A stretch of 64,000 nt of DNA, from positions 64,001 through 128,000 of IMG/VR virus record IMGVR_UViG_3300023174_000050. One strand, 5' to 3'. Made by a program: the position numbers and the translations under genes. This document shows positions 26,959 to 35,540 of this stretch, piece after piece (position 1 is the stretch's first letter; each line of letters begins with the position of its first letter). A model generated the notes under the pieces. It searched no databases. It had not been told where the DNA came from and saw nothing but the letters and a program-made list of their open reading frames with translations. Origin of the DNA: a virus.

Positions 26959-28578
26959 ATGCCAAATATTAGAAATCTAGCCAATATAAATGTCGGATCA
27001 TCTCCAAATGCAGGGGACGGTGATGTATTACGAGAAGCATTTGTTAAGGTTAATAACAATATAAATGCAATATACAACAATGGTCAGTATAAGGCATTTA
27101 TTCCCGATAATAAAGATTTTCCGGGATACACTTGGGATGGAGATAATGATACTGGGATATATAGACCAGGTACAGGGCAAATAGGAGTAACATTAAATGG
27201 CACTCCTCATTTATTAATGAATGAAAGTGGATCCATACAATGGTTAGGTAACGAACTATCTACTCAAGATTATGTCAATCAACAAATTGCTCAATATACC
27301 GGCGGAGTTTATGGAGCAAATATTGTAGTCACAACAGGATCTGGTAATATTGCAGTTACCGTAAATGGTATACCTGTAGTTGCTACATTACCTACAGTAG
27401 GAAACTATGAAGGCAGAATTGCATATTATACCGGAGACATTTGGACATATTCTAGGTATCCTGTTGGTAATGGTGCAGGACTTAATGCAGATGCTGCCAT
27501 AGCAAGGGCTGCGGGATCAGACAGCAGGTGGGTTAGATTTAGAGGTGACCAAGCAATAACTATAGGATTGGTTCGTCCAGCAGCTGCGGCAGAGGGCACT
27601 ACATTTTATGAAACTGCTAATGCAAAAATATATGTTTACTTGGCTGGCCAATGGCAAACTCTATCAGGATTGATATCATCGAATTCACCTAAAGGACTAG
27701 ATGTTGCAATTAGTTTACCCTCAGTAGGTGATCCAAATAATTATACAGGTAGAACAATAGTAGTCGGCACATCTACATATATCTTTATATCTGGTGCATG
27801 GCAACTATTAGGTAACTATATTGGAGCTACCAGTAGCGCAAACACAGGATCCGGTATAAGTTTCGGAGCAACTTTACCGTTAACTGCAAATGTGGGTGAG
27901 CTATTTAGAAAAACAGGAAATAGTTCAGGATTATACATTTACGATACTGGTAATTGGTTTACATTACCTCAATATACTGCAAATGCTGGAACTGCAAGCA
28001 TAAGAACTTTAGCTGCTTTGCCCGCAGACGTTACTTATTATAATGCTGGAGATTTAATTATTGTAGGTGGTAAAACTTATATTTTAAATACCACTAAAAC
28101 TTCATGGGGATTATTTTCACCCGGGGCAAATACTACAGTACAAAATATAGTTTTAAATGCAGCACAAGTGGGGACTAGAGAATTAGCAAATTCTTCACTA
28201 ACACTAAATAAATTTATTGCCAATACTATTGCAGGTAGTATTTTAGTATCAAATACTATCACCACACGAGAATTATCAAATAACTCTGTCACCGCAATAA
28301 AACTTGCAGATAATGTTATTACATCCAATAAAATTCAAGCAGGTGTTATTACAGACAGAGAAATCGCAGGAAATTCCATAAGCGGTAGTAAAATAATTGC
28401 AGGATCCATTACATCCAGAGAGTTAGGAACTAGCAGTATATCTGCAAGTTCTATTTCCGCAAATTCTCTTTCTCAAATATCTCAAAATGCAGGAACTATT
28501 ACATCTGGGATTTTTAGATCTGCAGATGGCAAAATGATTATAGATTTGAATAGTAAATTTATTAGAATTGAAATATAA
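26959..28578 (+). CDS. Tail fiber / baseplate appendage protein with a gp9/gp10-like N-terminal anchor
   Basis: INVGSSPNAGDGDVLREAFVKVNNN anchor; GYTWDGDNDTGIYRPG; repeated LP...G.....Y...W modules; C-terminal 10-residue (I/V)TxxxI repeats. Confidence 0.7.
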   Translation: MPNIRNLANINVGSSPNAGDGDVLREAFVKVNNNINAIYNNGQYKAFIPDNKDFPGYTWDGDNDTGIYRPGTGQIGVTLNGTPHLLMNESGSIQWLGNELSTQDYVNQQIAQYTGGVYGANIVVTTGSGNIAVTVNGIPVVATLPTVGNYEGRIAYYTGDIWTYSRYPVGNGAGLNADAAIARAAGSDSRWVRFRGDQAITIGLVRPAAAAEGTTFYETANAKIYVYLAGQWQTLSGLISSNSPKGLDVAISLPSVGDPNNYTGRTIVVGTSTYIFISGAWQLLGNYIGATSSANTGSGISFGATLPLTANVGELFRKTGNSSGLYIYDTGNWFTLPQYTANAGTASIRTLAALPADVTYYNAGDLIIVGGKTYILNTTKTSWGLFSPGANTTVQNIVLNAAQVGTRELANSSLTLNKFIANTIAGSILVSNTITTRELSNNSVTAIKLADNVITSNKIQAGVITDREIAGNSISGSKIIAGSITSRELGTSSISASSISANSLSQISQNAGTITSGIFRSADGKMIIDLNSKFIRIEI

Positions 28579-28581
28579 TTT

Positions 28582-29052
28582 ATGACTACAAATGTTTTAT
28601 GGGCAGGTAATATTGCAGGTGCACCTGTTGTAACTATTTTCAATAATCCTCCTGAAGAAAAAGGAAATAATAAACCGGTATATAATAGATTTGATAATTT
28701 AGATAAAATTTATTTTGATTCCAGATTTAATTATATTAATTTGGTTTGGCAGTCGGATTTAACTTTTGCCTTTAGTAATGTCACAATAGGAAATTCGGGA
28801 CAGAAAACAACAACTATAGGATATCATAATTTGGGGTACACACCCGCAGGAATTTTGATAGATAGCGACACCAGGGAAATAGTAACAAACAACTATATAC
28901 AAATAGTGAATTTGGATTCTTCTAGAAAAATATCTTTACTAATAGATTCTGTAAGATTTTATCTCAAAGAAGATTACGAAAGTCCCAGTGCAGATTTACC
29001 AGCACTAACCAAACGATATACAATACTTGGGTTTAATACCCCCGCAAATTAA
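28582..29052 (+). CDS. Tail-fiber-associated hypothetical protein
   Basis: 156-aa ORF, co-oriented and tightly packed; HNLGYTP motif. Confidence 0.55.
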   Translation: MTTNVLWAGNIAGAPVVTIFNNPPEEKGNNKPVYNRFDNLDKIYFDSRFNYINLVWQSDLTFAFSNVTIGNSGQKTTTIGYHNLGYTPAGILIDSDTREIVTNNYIQIVNLDSSRKISLLIDSVRFYLKEDYESPSADLPALTKRYTILGFNTPAN

Positions 29053-29060
29053 TTAAAACC

Positions 29061-30203
29061 ATGGCAAACGTATATCTTTTAAATCTTTCAGAAAATTTAG
29101 TAACGTTAGGTAACGTATTCACTTCTGCACGATCTCATTTAATAAAAGATGAGATACAACCATCTAGTACTTCGGTTTTTGTTACAAAAATTTTAGCTTC
29201 GCCATCATTAAGAGTATATCAAGAAACTGATGAGGGGTTGTTATATAGTTCATATAATGATATAAACATTAGACAAGCATTAGGATCCGATGCGCCAGTC
29301 AATGGACCGTTTATTGAAAATTATTCATATGCTGGAGATTTAAATTTAGATAATTTTGTAAATTTATTACTAATAAACAAGCCTCCACTAAGAACAGGAT
29401 TTTTTAAATTCTCAGTTATTGGTATAACTTTTACTGGAATAATACGACAATTAACGCAGTATGATCATTATGATTGGACCAAAAATGCAGGCAAATATTC
29501 ATATACATTAATGCCTAATACTTTAGGATATGCAATAGAAATAAGTAAAAATTCACTATATACTGCAATTACAAATTCTGATGGCACATTTACATATAAT
29601 CCTACTGCCCTAAATTTGGCATTACGAAATTTAAAAGGTGACGAAGAAATAACTTCTACTGCATCTTCAGATGATCCAAATACGTATCTACAGAGTATAC
29701 CTGGAGCAAATGCTAAAATATCAGGTTCTTTGCCTATAAATTTATTTTATATTCCGCCAGAATATGCATTACGTTATATTGCTAGTTATGGTGATTTAAT
29801 TGACGCGTATGGTACAGATTATGCCAAAGGACAAGACCATTATGCAAGATATGGAGCACTTGAAGGTAGAATAATTTCTTTTAATCCGTTGGCATATCTA
29901 AACAAATATTCCGATTTGAGACGACAATTTGGTTATGACACTTATTCTGCAACAATACATTATATCACAACAGGATACTACGAGGGAAGAACAACAGATA
30001 ATTCAAGTGCATCAAATCCTTTATTGGGAGGATTAACTGATTCTAGAACTTCTACAGTTTTAACGGGAAACACTATTATTTGGCCATCCGGACCTACCAT
30101 GAGGGGAGAAGGCAGTTCTTTTGTATATAACTATAATGGCACAACATATTTTAAAAATAGTATACTAGAATTTACTAGTAATTTAATTTACCTAAGAGTT
30201 TAA
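29061..30203 (+). CDS. Tail-associated protein with two YxxxYxDL...HY...G..EGR repeats
   Basis: ALRYIASYGDLIDAYGTDYAKGQDHYARYGALEGR and FNPLAYLNKYSDLRRQFGYDTYSATIHYITTGYYEGR. Confidence 0.6.
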   Translation: MANVYLLNLSENLVTLGNVFTSARSHLIKDEIQPSSTSVFVTKILASPSLRVYQETDEGLLYSSYNDINIRQALGSDAPVNGPFIENYSYAGDLNLDNFVNLLLINKPPLRTGFFKFSVIGITFTGIIRQLTQYDHYDWTKNAGKYSYTLMPNTLGYAIEISKNSLYTAITNSDGTFTYNPTALNLALRNLKGDEEITSTASSDDPNTYLQSIPGANAKISGSLPINLFYIPPEYALRYIASYGDLIDAYGTDYAKGQDHYARYGALEGRIISFNPLAYLNKYSDLRRQFGYDTYSATIHYITTGYYEGRTTDNSSASNPLLGGLTDSRTSTVLTGNTIIWPSGPTMRGEGSSFVYNYNGTTYFKNSILEFTSNLIYLRV

Positions 30204-30205
30204 TA

Positions 30206-30700
30206 ATGGGAATATCCTTAACTAAAACAGATCCTTTTACAATAAAAGATGACAAAGGAAATACTAGATTTTCCCTAAACGGAAGAATGCCGCATATTAT
30301 ACATAATTTATCTGGCAATGTTACAATACCCACAGTTTTAATAAATCAATTTACAGGTGAAGAAATTGTTAATAGAACTGACGTATTGGCAATAATTGCA
30401 AATACTTATATATCATCGGATTCTGCCAATAATTTTATTTTACCTTTAGTATCCATAACCGGGGGTATAGCAAATACGAATAGTAAAATTATGCCAGCAA
30501 TCGGTTCTACTTTACTTAGAAAAATACAGGGAGAGTTTTCCTCAGAATTTTTAGGTGGAACAATATTAGATTTTATTGCAGATAATGGAAATTTAAAAAT
30601 AGTATGTAATCACTTTTTTAACAGGACAAACAATCCAACAGTTGTTGGAGACGACATTATAAGTATATCTTATAGGGTTTACTACGGAAGATTTAATTAA
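30206..30700 (+). CDS. Tail-associated hypothetical protein
   Basis: 164-aa beta-rich ORF in the tail appendage block. Confidence 0.55.
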   Translation: MGISLTKTDPFTIKDDKGNTRFSLNGRMPHIIHNLSGNVTIPTVLINQFTGEEIVNRTDVLAIIANTYISSDSANNFILPLVSITGGIANTNSKIMPAIGSTLLRKIQGEFSSEFLGGTILDFIADNGNLKIVCNHFFNRTNNPTVVGDDIISISYRVYYGRFN

Positions 30701-30706
30701 TAAATA
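30700..30706 (+). promoter_or_regulatory. Relaxed late promoter (ATAAATA)
   Basis: ATAAATA 6 nt before the ATG at 30713. Confidence 0.45.
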
Positions 30707-30712
30707 ACAAAT

Positions 30713-31042
30713 ATGGCAACCTATAAAAACTTATCTTTAGATCAAGGATCCTCTTTTACTGAATCTATTCAGTATTTAGATAGTTCTAAAACCCCTATAT
30801 CTTTGGTTGGATATACTGTAAAAAGTCAAATGAGAAAATCTTATTATTCTGCAAATGCCATAACTTTTGATACCATTTTAACTAACGGCGCGACAGGAAA
30901 TATAACTATATCTTTAAACTTTAATGCGACTGCAAACATTATACCGGGTAGATATGTGTACGATGTGAAAGCAAATACTGCAAATACTGCAATCAAAATA
31001 CAAGAAGGTATAATCACGGTTAATCCAGGAGTAACCAAATAA
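30713..31042 (+). CDS. Small Ig-like virion protein (BppU N-terminal-like) upstream of gp13
   Basis: LDQGSSF..LVGYTVKSQMRKSY..GNITISL..TA...PGRYVYDV..EG.ITVNPGVT pattern. Confidence 0.6.
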   Translation: MATYKNLSLDQGSSFTESIQYLDSSKTPISLVGYTVKSQMRKSYYSANAITFDTILTNGATGNITISLNFNATANIIPGRYVYDVKANTANTAIKIQEGIITVNPGVTK

Positions 31043-31785
31043 TGGCACAAGTAACAACCAGAGAACAATTAAAAGATTATTGCTTACGCAGATTAGGTTC
31101 ACCTGTCATTGAAATTAATGTGGACGACGATCAAGTTGAAGATCGTATAGATGATGCTTTTCAATTCTATAGAGAATATCATTATGATGCAGTAGAAATG
31201 GTTTATTTGAAGTACCAATTCACTCAACAAGATATAACAAACCAATATATACCTGTTCCTGATACTGTAGTAGGTGTAAATCGAATCCTACCGTTTAGTA
31301 ATAAATCTGATGGTACTAATATTTTCAGTATTAGATATCAAATTCTATTAAATGATCTATATAGTTTGATGTCGACTCAAATCATTTATTACTACCAAGT
31401 TAAACAAGAATTAGAATTAATTAATCAAGTACTTGTAGGGGTTAAACCGATAAGATTCAATAGACACATGAATCGTCTATACATAGATATGGACTGGACT
31501 GCTGATGCTGCAGTCGGCGATTACATTATTGTAGAATGTTATAGAATATTAGATCCCGAAACATATAGAGACGTATACAACGATATGTTTCTAAAGAGAT
31601 ATTGCACATCATTAATTAAGCGTCAATGGGGTGAGAACTTAAAGAAGTTTAACGGCGTTCAATTACCCGGCGGAGTAACAATTAATGCAGATCAGATATA
31701 TCAAGATGCATTAACTGAGATAACACAAATTGAATCTGAGATGCAATCAAGATTTGAATTACCAGTAGATTTCTTTACAGGATAA
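31042..31785 (+). CDS. gp13: Neck protein
   Basis: LKDYCLRRLGSPVIEINVDDDQVEDRIDDA, QWGENLKKF.GVQLPGGVT. Confidence 0.95.
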   Translation: MAQVTTREQLKDYCLRRLGSPVIEINVDDDQVEDRIDDAFQFYREYHYDAVEMVYLKYQFTQQDITNQYIPVPDTVVGVNRILPFSNKSDGTNIFSIRYQILLNDLYSLMSTQIIYYYQVKQELELINQVLVGVKPIRFNRHMNRLYIDMDWTADAAVGDYIIVECYRILDPETYRDVYNDMFLKRYCTSLIKRQWGENLKKFNGVQLPGGVTINADQIYQDALTEITQIESEMQSRFELPVDFFTG

Positions 31786-31820
31786 AACTTAAGTACTTTA
31801 TTAACCGGGGTACATAGACA

Positions 31821-31849
31821 ATGATAACATCGTGTCAATAGAAAGTCAA
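31821..31849 (-). promoter_or_regulatory. Antisense sigma70-type promoter between gp13 and gp14
   Basis: Minus strand TTGACT (31849-31844), 17 nt, TATCAT (31826-31821) preceded by TGT (extended -10). Confidence 0.5.
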
Positions 31850-31856
31850 TACAATT

Positions 31857-32612
31857 ATGGTTACTGTTAACCCTTATTTTCAATCTGGTAAGTCGATAGG
31901 TAGATCTTCTGAGCAGAGCTTATATGAGGATTTGATTATCGAATCCATGAAGATTTATGGCTTTGAAGTCTATTACTTGCCACGTAAATCTAACAGTTTG
32001 GATTCTATTTTAACTGAGGATCCGCTAAACACTTTTGATTACGCTTTTTCAATTGAAATGTATATGGAAAATACTATGGGGTTTTTAGGTGACGGGGAAT
32101 TAATGTCCAAATTTGGTTTAGAAATACGAGACTCTGCAAATTTTATAGTAGCAAGAAAACGATGGACAGAGGATATTGGTTCCCAAAATGTAACCATATT
32201 GCCGAGACCAGCAGAAGGCGATATAATATACTTTCCAAAAACTAAATCATTTTTTGAAATACGAAAAGTAGAAGGGCATGATCCTTTCTACCAAGTTGGT
32301 AAATTATATGTTTACAAAATGATGTGTGAACTTTATCAGTTTGCCAATGAAAGATTTAACACTGGGGTAGATGAAATTGATAGTATAACTGCAGAAGCTA
32401 CATTAGATATAGATGCTCATCAGTTATTGCAAGAAACAGGGGAGGCACTATTGTCAGAATCTAACGCATTGACTCCGATTGTATTGGAAGATTATAATTT
32501 AAGTTTGGATGGTCATTATCAAATTGGTGCAGATAATGAAGCTTTTGAAGCAGAAGTAAATGACGTATTAGATTTTTCTGAAAGAAACCCGTTTGGTGAG
32601 GTATTTCAATAA
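31857..32612 (+). CDS. gp14: Neck protein
   Basis: EQSLYEDLIIESMKIYGFEVYYLPR, MSKFGLEIRD, RPAEGDIIYFP, FSERNPFGE. Confidence 0.95.
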   Translation: MVTVNPYFQSGKSIGRSSEQSLYEDLIIESMKIYGFEVYYLPRKSNSLDSILTEDPLNTFDYAFSIEMYMENTMGFLGDGELMSKFGLEIRDSANFIVARKRWTEDIGSQNVTILPRPAEGDIIYFPKTKSFFEIRKVEGHDPFYQVGKLYVYKMMCELYQFANERFNTGVDEIDSITAEATLDIDAHQLLQETGEALLSESNALTPIVLEDYNLSLDGHYQIGADNEAFEAEVNDVLDFSERNPFGEVFQ

Positions 32613-33367
32613 TGTTGGATAACAGATTTTATTGGGGCACTATAAGGAAATCTATTGTAGCTTTTGGTAATATGTTTAATAATATTACCATACAAAGAAC
32701 AAATGCAGATGGAGAAGTAGTTCAACTACAAAGAGTACCTTTATCATATTCACCTAAACAAAAATTCTTAGCAAAAATAAGACAACAGCCTAGTGTAGAT
32801 TCTACAAATTTTCAAGTCATTCTTCCTAGAATGGGATTTGAAATGGTAGCGTTAGATTATGATGCCAATAGAAAAATTAGTCCAATGCAACAAAGCAGGA
32901 CAATTAATAGTACTATATCTGCCTCTGCTCAATATGCGCCAACTCCGTATAATGTAAGTATATTACTTTACATCTATGCGAAAAATCAAGATGATGGATT
33001 ACAAATAATAGAACAGATATTGCCCTATTTTAATCCCGATTATAATTTATCAATGAAAGCCATTCCTGAATTAGATATTAAAAACGATCTTCCTATTCTT
33101 TTAAATTCTATTGGGTTTCAGGATGATTACGAAGGCGACATGACAACCCGTCGTGCTATTATATGGACTCTTAGTTTTGTTATGAAACTTAATTTTTATG
33201 GTCCAATTAATAAACAGGGAATTGTTAATAAAGTTATTACTAATACATTCAGAGATTCCGCATTAACCAATCAGCTACAAAAAATATCTGTCCAAGGAAC
33301 TGGAGATTTGGCAAATACTATACCTACCGGGAATGTGCAATATGTTGATTCTTTTGAAGATTTTTAA
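32612..33367 (+). CDS. gp15: Tail terminator / sheath stabiliser
   Basis: FYWGTIRKSIVAFGNMFNNI, VPLSYSPKQKFL, LPRMGFE, EQILPYFNP, DDYEGD..RRAIIWTLSF. Confidence 0.95.
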   Translation: MLDNRFYWGTIRKSIVAFGNMFNNITIQRTNADGEVVQLQRVPLSYSPKQKFLAKIRQQPSVDSTNFQVILPRMGFEMVALDYDANRKISPMQQSRTINSTISASAQYAPTPYNVSILLYIYAKNQDDGLQIIEQILPYFNPDYNLSMKAIPELDIKNDLPILLNSIGFQDDYEGDMTTRRAIIWTLSFVMKLNFYGPINKQGIVNKVITNTFRDSALTNQLQKISVQGTGDLANTIPTGNVQYVDSFEDF

Positions 33368-33368
33368 A

Positions 33369-33806
33369 ATGAAAAATATGGAAAAATTGGATGAGTTGTT
33401 TAATATAGATCCTATGAAGGTTGATCCTACCACGGGCGAAATACTTGCCATTTCTGAAGCAATAAACAAAACTAAAGAAATGGATCAAGAAGACGACTAT
33501 CAATTGGCTCGTTCTACTATGAGAAAACTTTTAATGAAGGGTGAATCGACTTTGGACGAATTAATAAATTTATCTAAAAGTTCTGAACATCCAAGAACTT
33601 ATGAAGTTGCTGGGCAGTTTATGAAAACTATGTCTGACGTGTCCAAAGACCTTCTTGGATTACAAAAACAAGTTAAAGATTTAAAAGCAGATGATGCAGT
33701 AAAAATTGGTACACAAAATAATGTAGTGTTTAATGGCACAACTGCCGAGCTTTTTAAGATGTTAAAAAACGGCCCTGTTGAAGATGGAAAAATAATTGAG
33801 CAGTAA
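33369..33806 (+). CDS. gp16: Terminase small subunit
   Basis: DDYQLARSTM..SEHPRTYEVAGQFMK..QNNVVFNGTTAELFKML. Start placed at ATG 33369. Confidence 0.9.
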   Translation: MKNMEKLDELFNIDPMKVDPTTGEILAISEAINKTKEMDQEDDYQLARSTMRKLLMKGESTLDELINLSKSSEHPRTYEVAGQFMKTMSDVSKDLLGLQKQVKDLKADDAVKIGTQNNVVFNGTTAELFKMLKNGPVEDGKIIEQ

Positions 33807-35469
33807 ACAAATATCCTATAACGGTAACCCCAATCTAAAACAGATTGGCACTCCTGTATCTTATACTTTAGATCAGATGAGAGAAATACAAAAATGTATT
33901 CTCAATCCTATCTATTTTATTGAAGAATATTGTCAGATTGTTTCTTTGGATAAAGGTTTAGTTCCGTTTAAATTATACGATTGTCAAAAAGAAAAAGTTC
34001 AAACCATTCTAAATAATCGTAAAGTTATTTTGATGGAAGGTAGACAACAAGGTAAAACAATTACTGCTGCTGCTTGTATACTTTGGTACACCCTGTTTCA
34101 AGAAAATAAAACAGTTGCTATTCTAGCAAATAAATCTTCAGCTGCTCGCGAAGTTCTTTCTAGATATGAATTGATGTACGAAATGCTTCCCATGTGGATG
34201 CAACAAGGTGTTAAGACATTCAACAAGGGCGACATCGAACTTGAAAATGGATCTAAAGTATTTACTGCGGCAACAAGTACTTCCGGTATTCGAGGTAAAT
34301 CTGTAAACTGGTTATATATTGACGAGGCAGCAATTATCCCCAATAATGTTGCAGAGCAATTCTTTACATCTGTTTATCCTACAATTTCTGCAGGTACCAC
34401 CACAAAGATTTTACTTACATCCACTCCACTGGGTTATAACCATTTTTGGAAATTTTGGAATGAAGCAGAACAGGGACTAAACGGATTTGTTCCAATGTTT
34501 ATTCCGTATGATAAAATTCCCGGCAGAGATCAAAAATGGGCGGACGAACAACAAGCCATGTTGGGCGAACTTAAATTTAACCAAGAGGTTTTATGTAGGT
34601 TCCTGGGATCATCTAACACACTTATCAATCCTGATACTATTGGTAGAATGTCTGTTAAACCGTATATCTATAGTAACGAAGGATTGGACATATTTGTAGA
34701 ACCTGAAGAAGATCACGTATATATGCTAGTTGCTGATACGTCTAGGGGTGTTGGGGGAGATTATTCGGCATTTACAGTCATAGATATAACCGCATACCCG
34801 TATTCTATTGTTGCAAAATACAGAAGTAATAAAATTAGCCCCCTTCTTTTTCCGAATATAATATATAAGGTAGCGAAAGATTACCACAGAGCCTATTGTT
34901 TGGTGGAGATCAACGATAATGGTCAGCAAGTAGCAGATACACTATATATGGATTTAGAATACGAAAACGTATTCTTTGTGGGAAGTAACAGTAAAAGTGG
35001 GCAATATTTGTCCGGAGGATTTTCGCCAGGGGCAACATTGGGCGTTAGAACTACCAAGCAAGTAAAACGCTTAGGATGTACATCTTTTAAAAGTTTAGTC
35101 GAGGGCACTAAACTACTAATTCACGATCCAGATATAATTAATGAAATTTCTACATTTATTGAAGTTCGCGGTACCCATAAAGCAGATGAGGGATACTTTG
35201 ACGATTTGGTAATGACTCTGGTGCTATTTTCTTGGGCAACGAACGAACCCTTCTTTAAAGATTTAACAGATTCGAATTTACGAAAAGCTCTATATGAGGA
35301 GCAATTTAAACAGATTGAAGAAAATCTCACTCCGTTTGGTATAATTGATAACGGCATTCCTGAAGAAGAAAGACCTCAAATTATGACCGATGCTATTTGG
35401 TTTAATGCATATTCTAAATCCCCTGGGGAAATTGATGATGCTCAAAGAAAATTTCTTGAAAATGTCTAA
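33796..35469 (+). CDS. gp17: Terminase large subunit
   Basis: YNGNPNLK, GRQQGKT (Walker A), YIDEAA (Walker B), STPLGYNHFW, ADTSRGVGGDYSAF, DDLVM. Confidence 0.98.
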   Translation: MSSKQISYNGNPNLKQIGTPVSYTLDQMREIQKCILNPIYFIEEYCQIVSLDKGLVPFKLYDCQKEKVQTILNNRKVILMEGRQQGKTITAAACILWYTLFQENKTVAILANKSSAAREVLSRYELMYEMLPMWMQQGVKTFNKGDIELENGSKVFTAATSTSGIRGKSVNWLYIDEAAIIPNNVAEQFFTSVYPTISAGTTTKILLTSTPLGYNHFWKFWNEAEQGLNGFVPMFIPYDKIPGRDQKWADEQQAMLGELKFNQEVLCRFLGSSNTLINPDTIGRMSVKPYIYSNEGLDIFVEPEEDHVYMLVADTSRGVGGDYSAFTVIDITAYPYSIVAKYRSNKISPLLFPNIIYKVAKDYHRAYCLVEINDNGQQVADTLYMDLEYENVFFVGSNSKSGQYLSGGFSPGATLGVRTTKQVKRLGCTSFKSLVEGTKLLIHDPDIINEISTFIEVRGTHKADEGYFDDLVMTLVLFSWATNEPFFKDLTDSNLRKALYEEQFKQIEENLTPFGIIDNGIPEEERPQIMTDAIWFNAYSKSPGEIDDAQRKFLENV

Positions 35470-35480
35470 AAGATGAGAAT

Positions 35481-35488
35481 TATAAATA
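35481..35488 (+). promoter_or_regulatory. T4-type late promoter for gp18
   Basis: TATAAATA in the gp17-gp18 gap. Confidence 0.85.
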
Positions 35489-35540
35489 AATAGAAATCAT
35501 AATATAGAACAACATCTATAAAATTATCAAGGAGAAGAAG

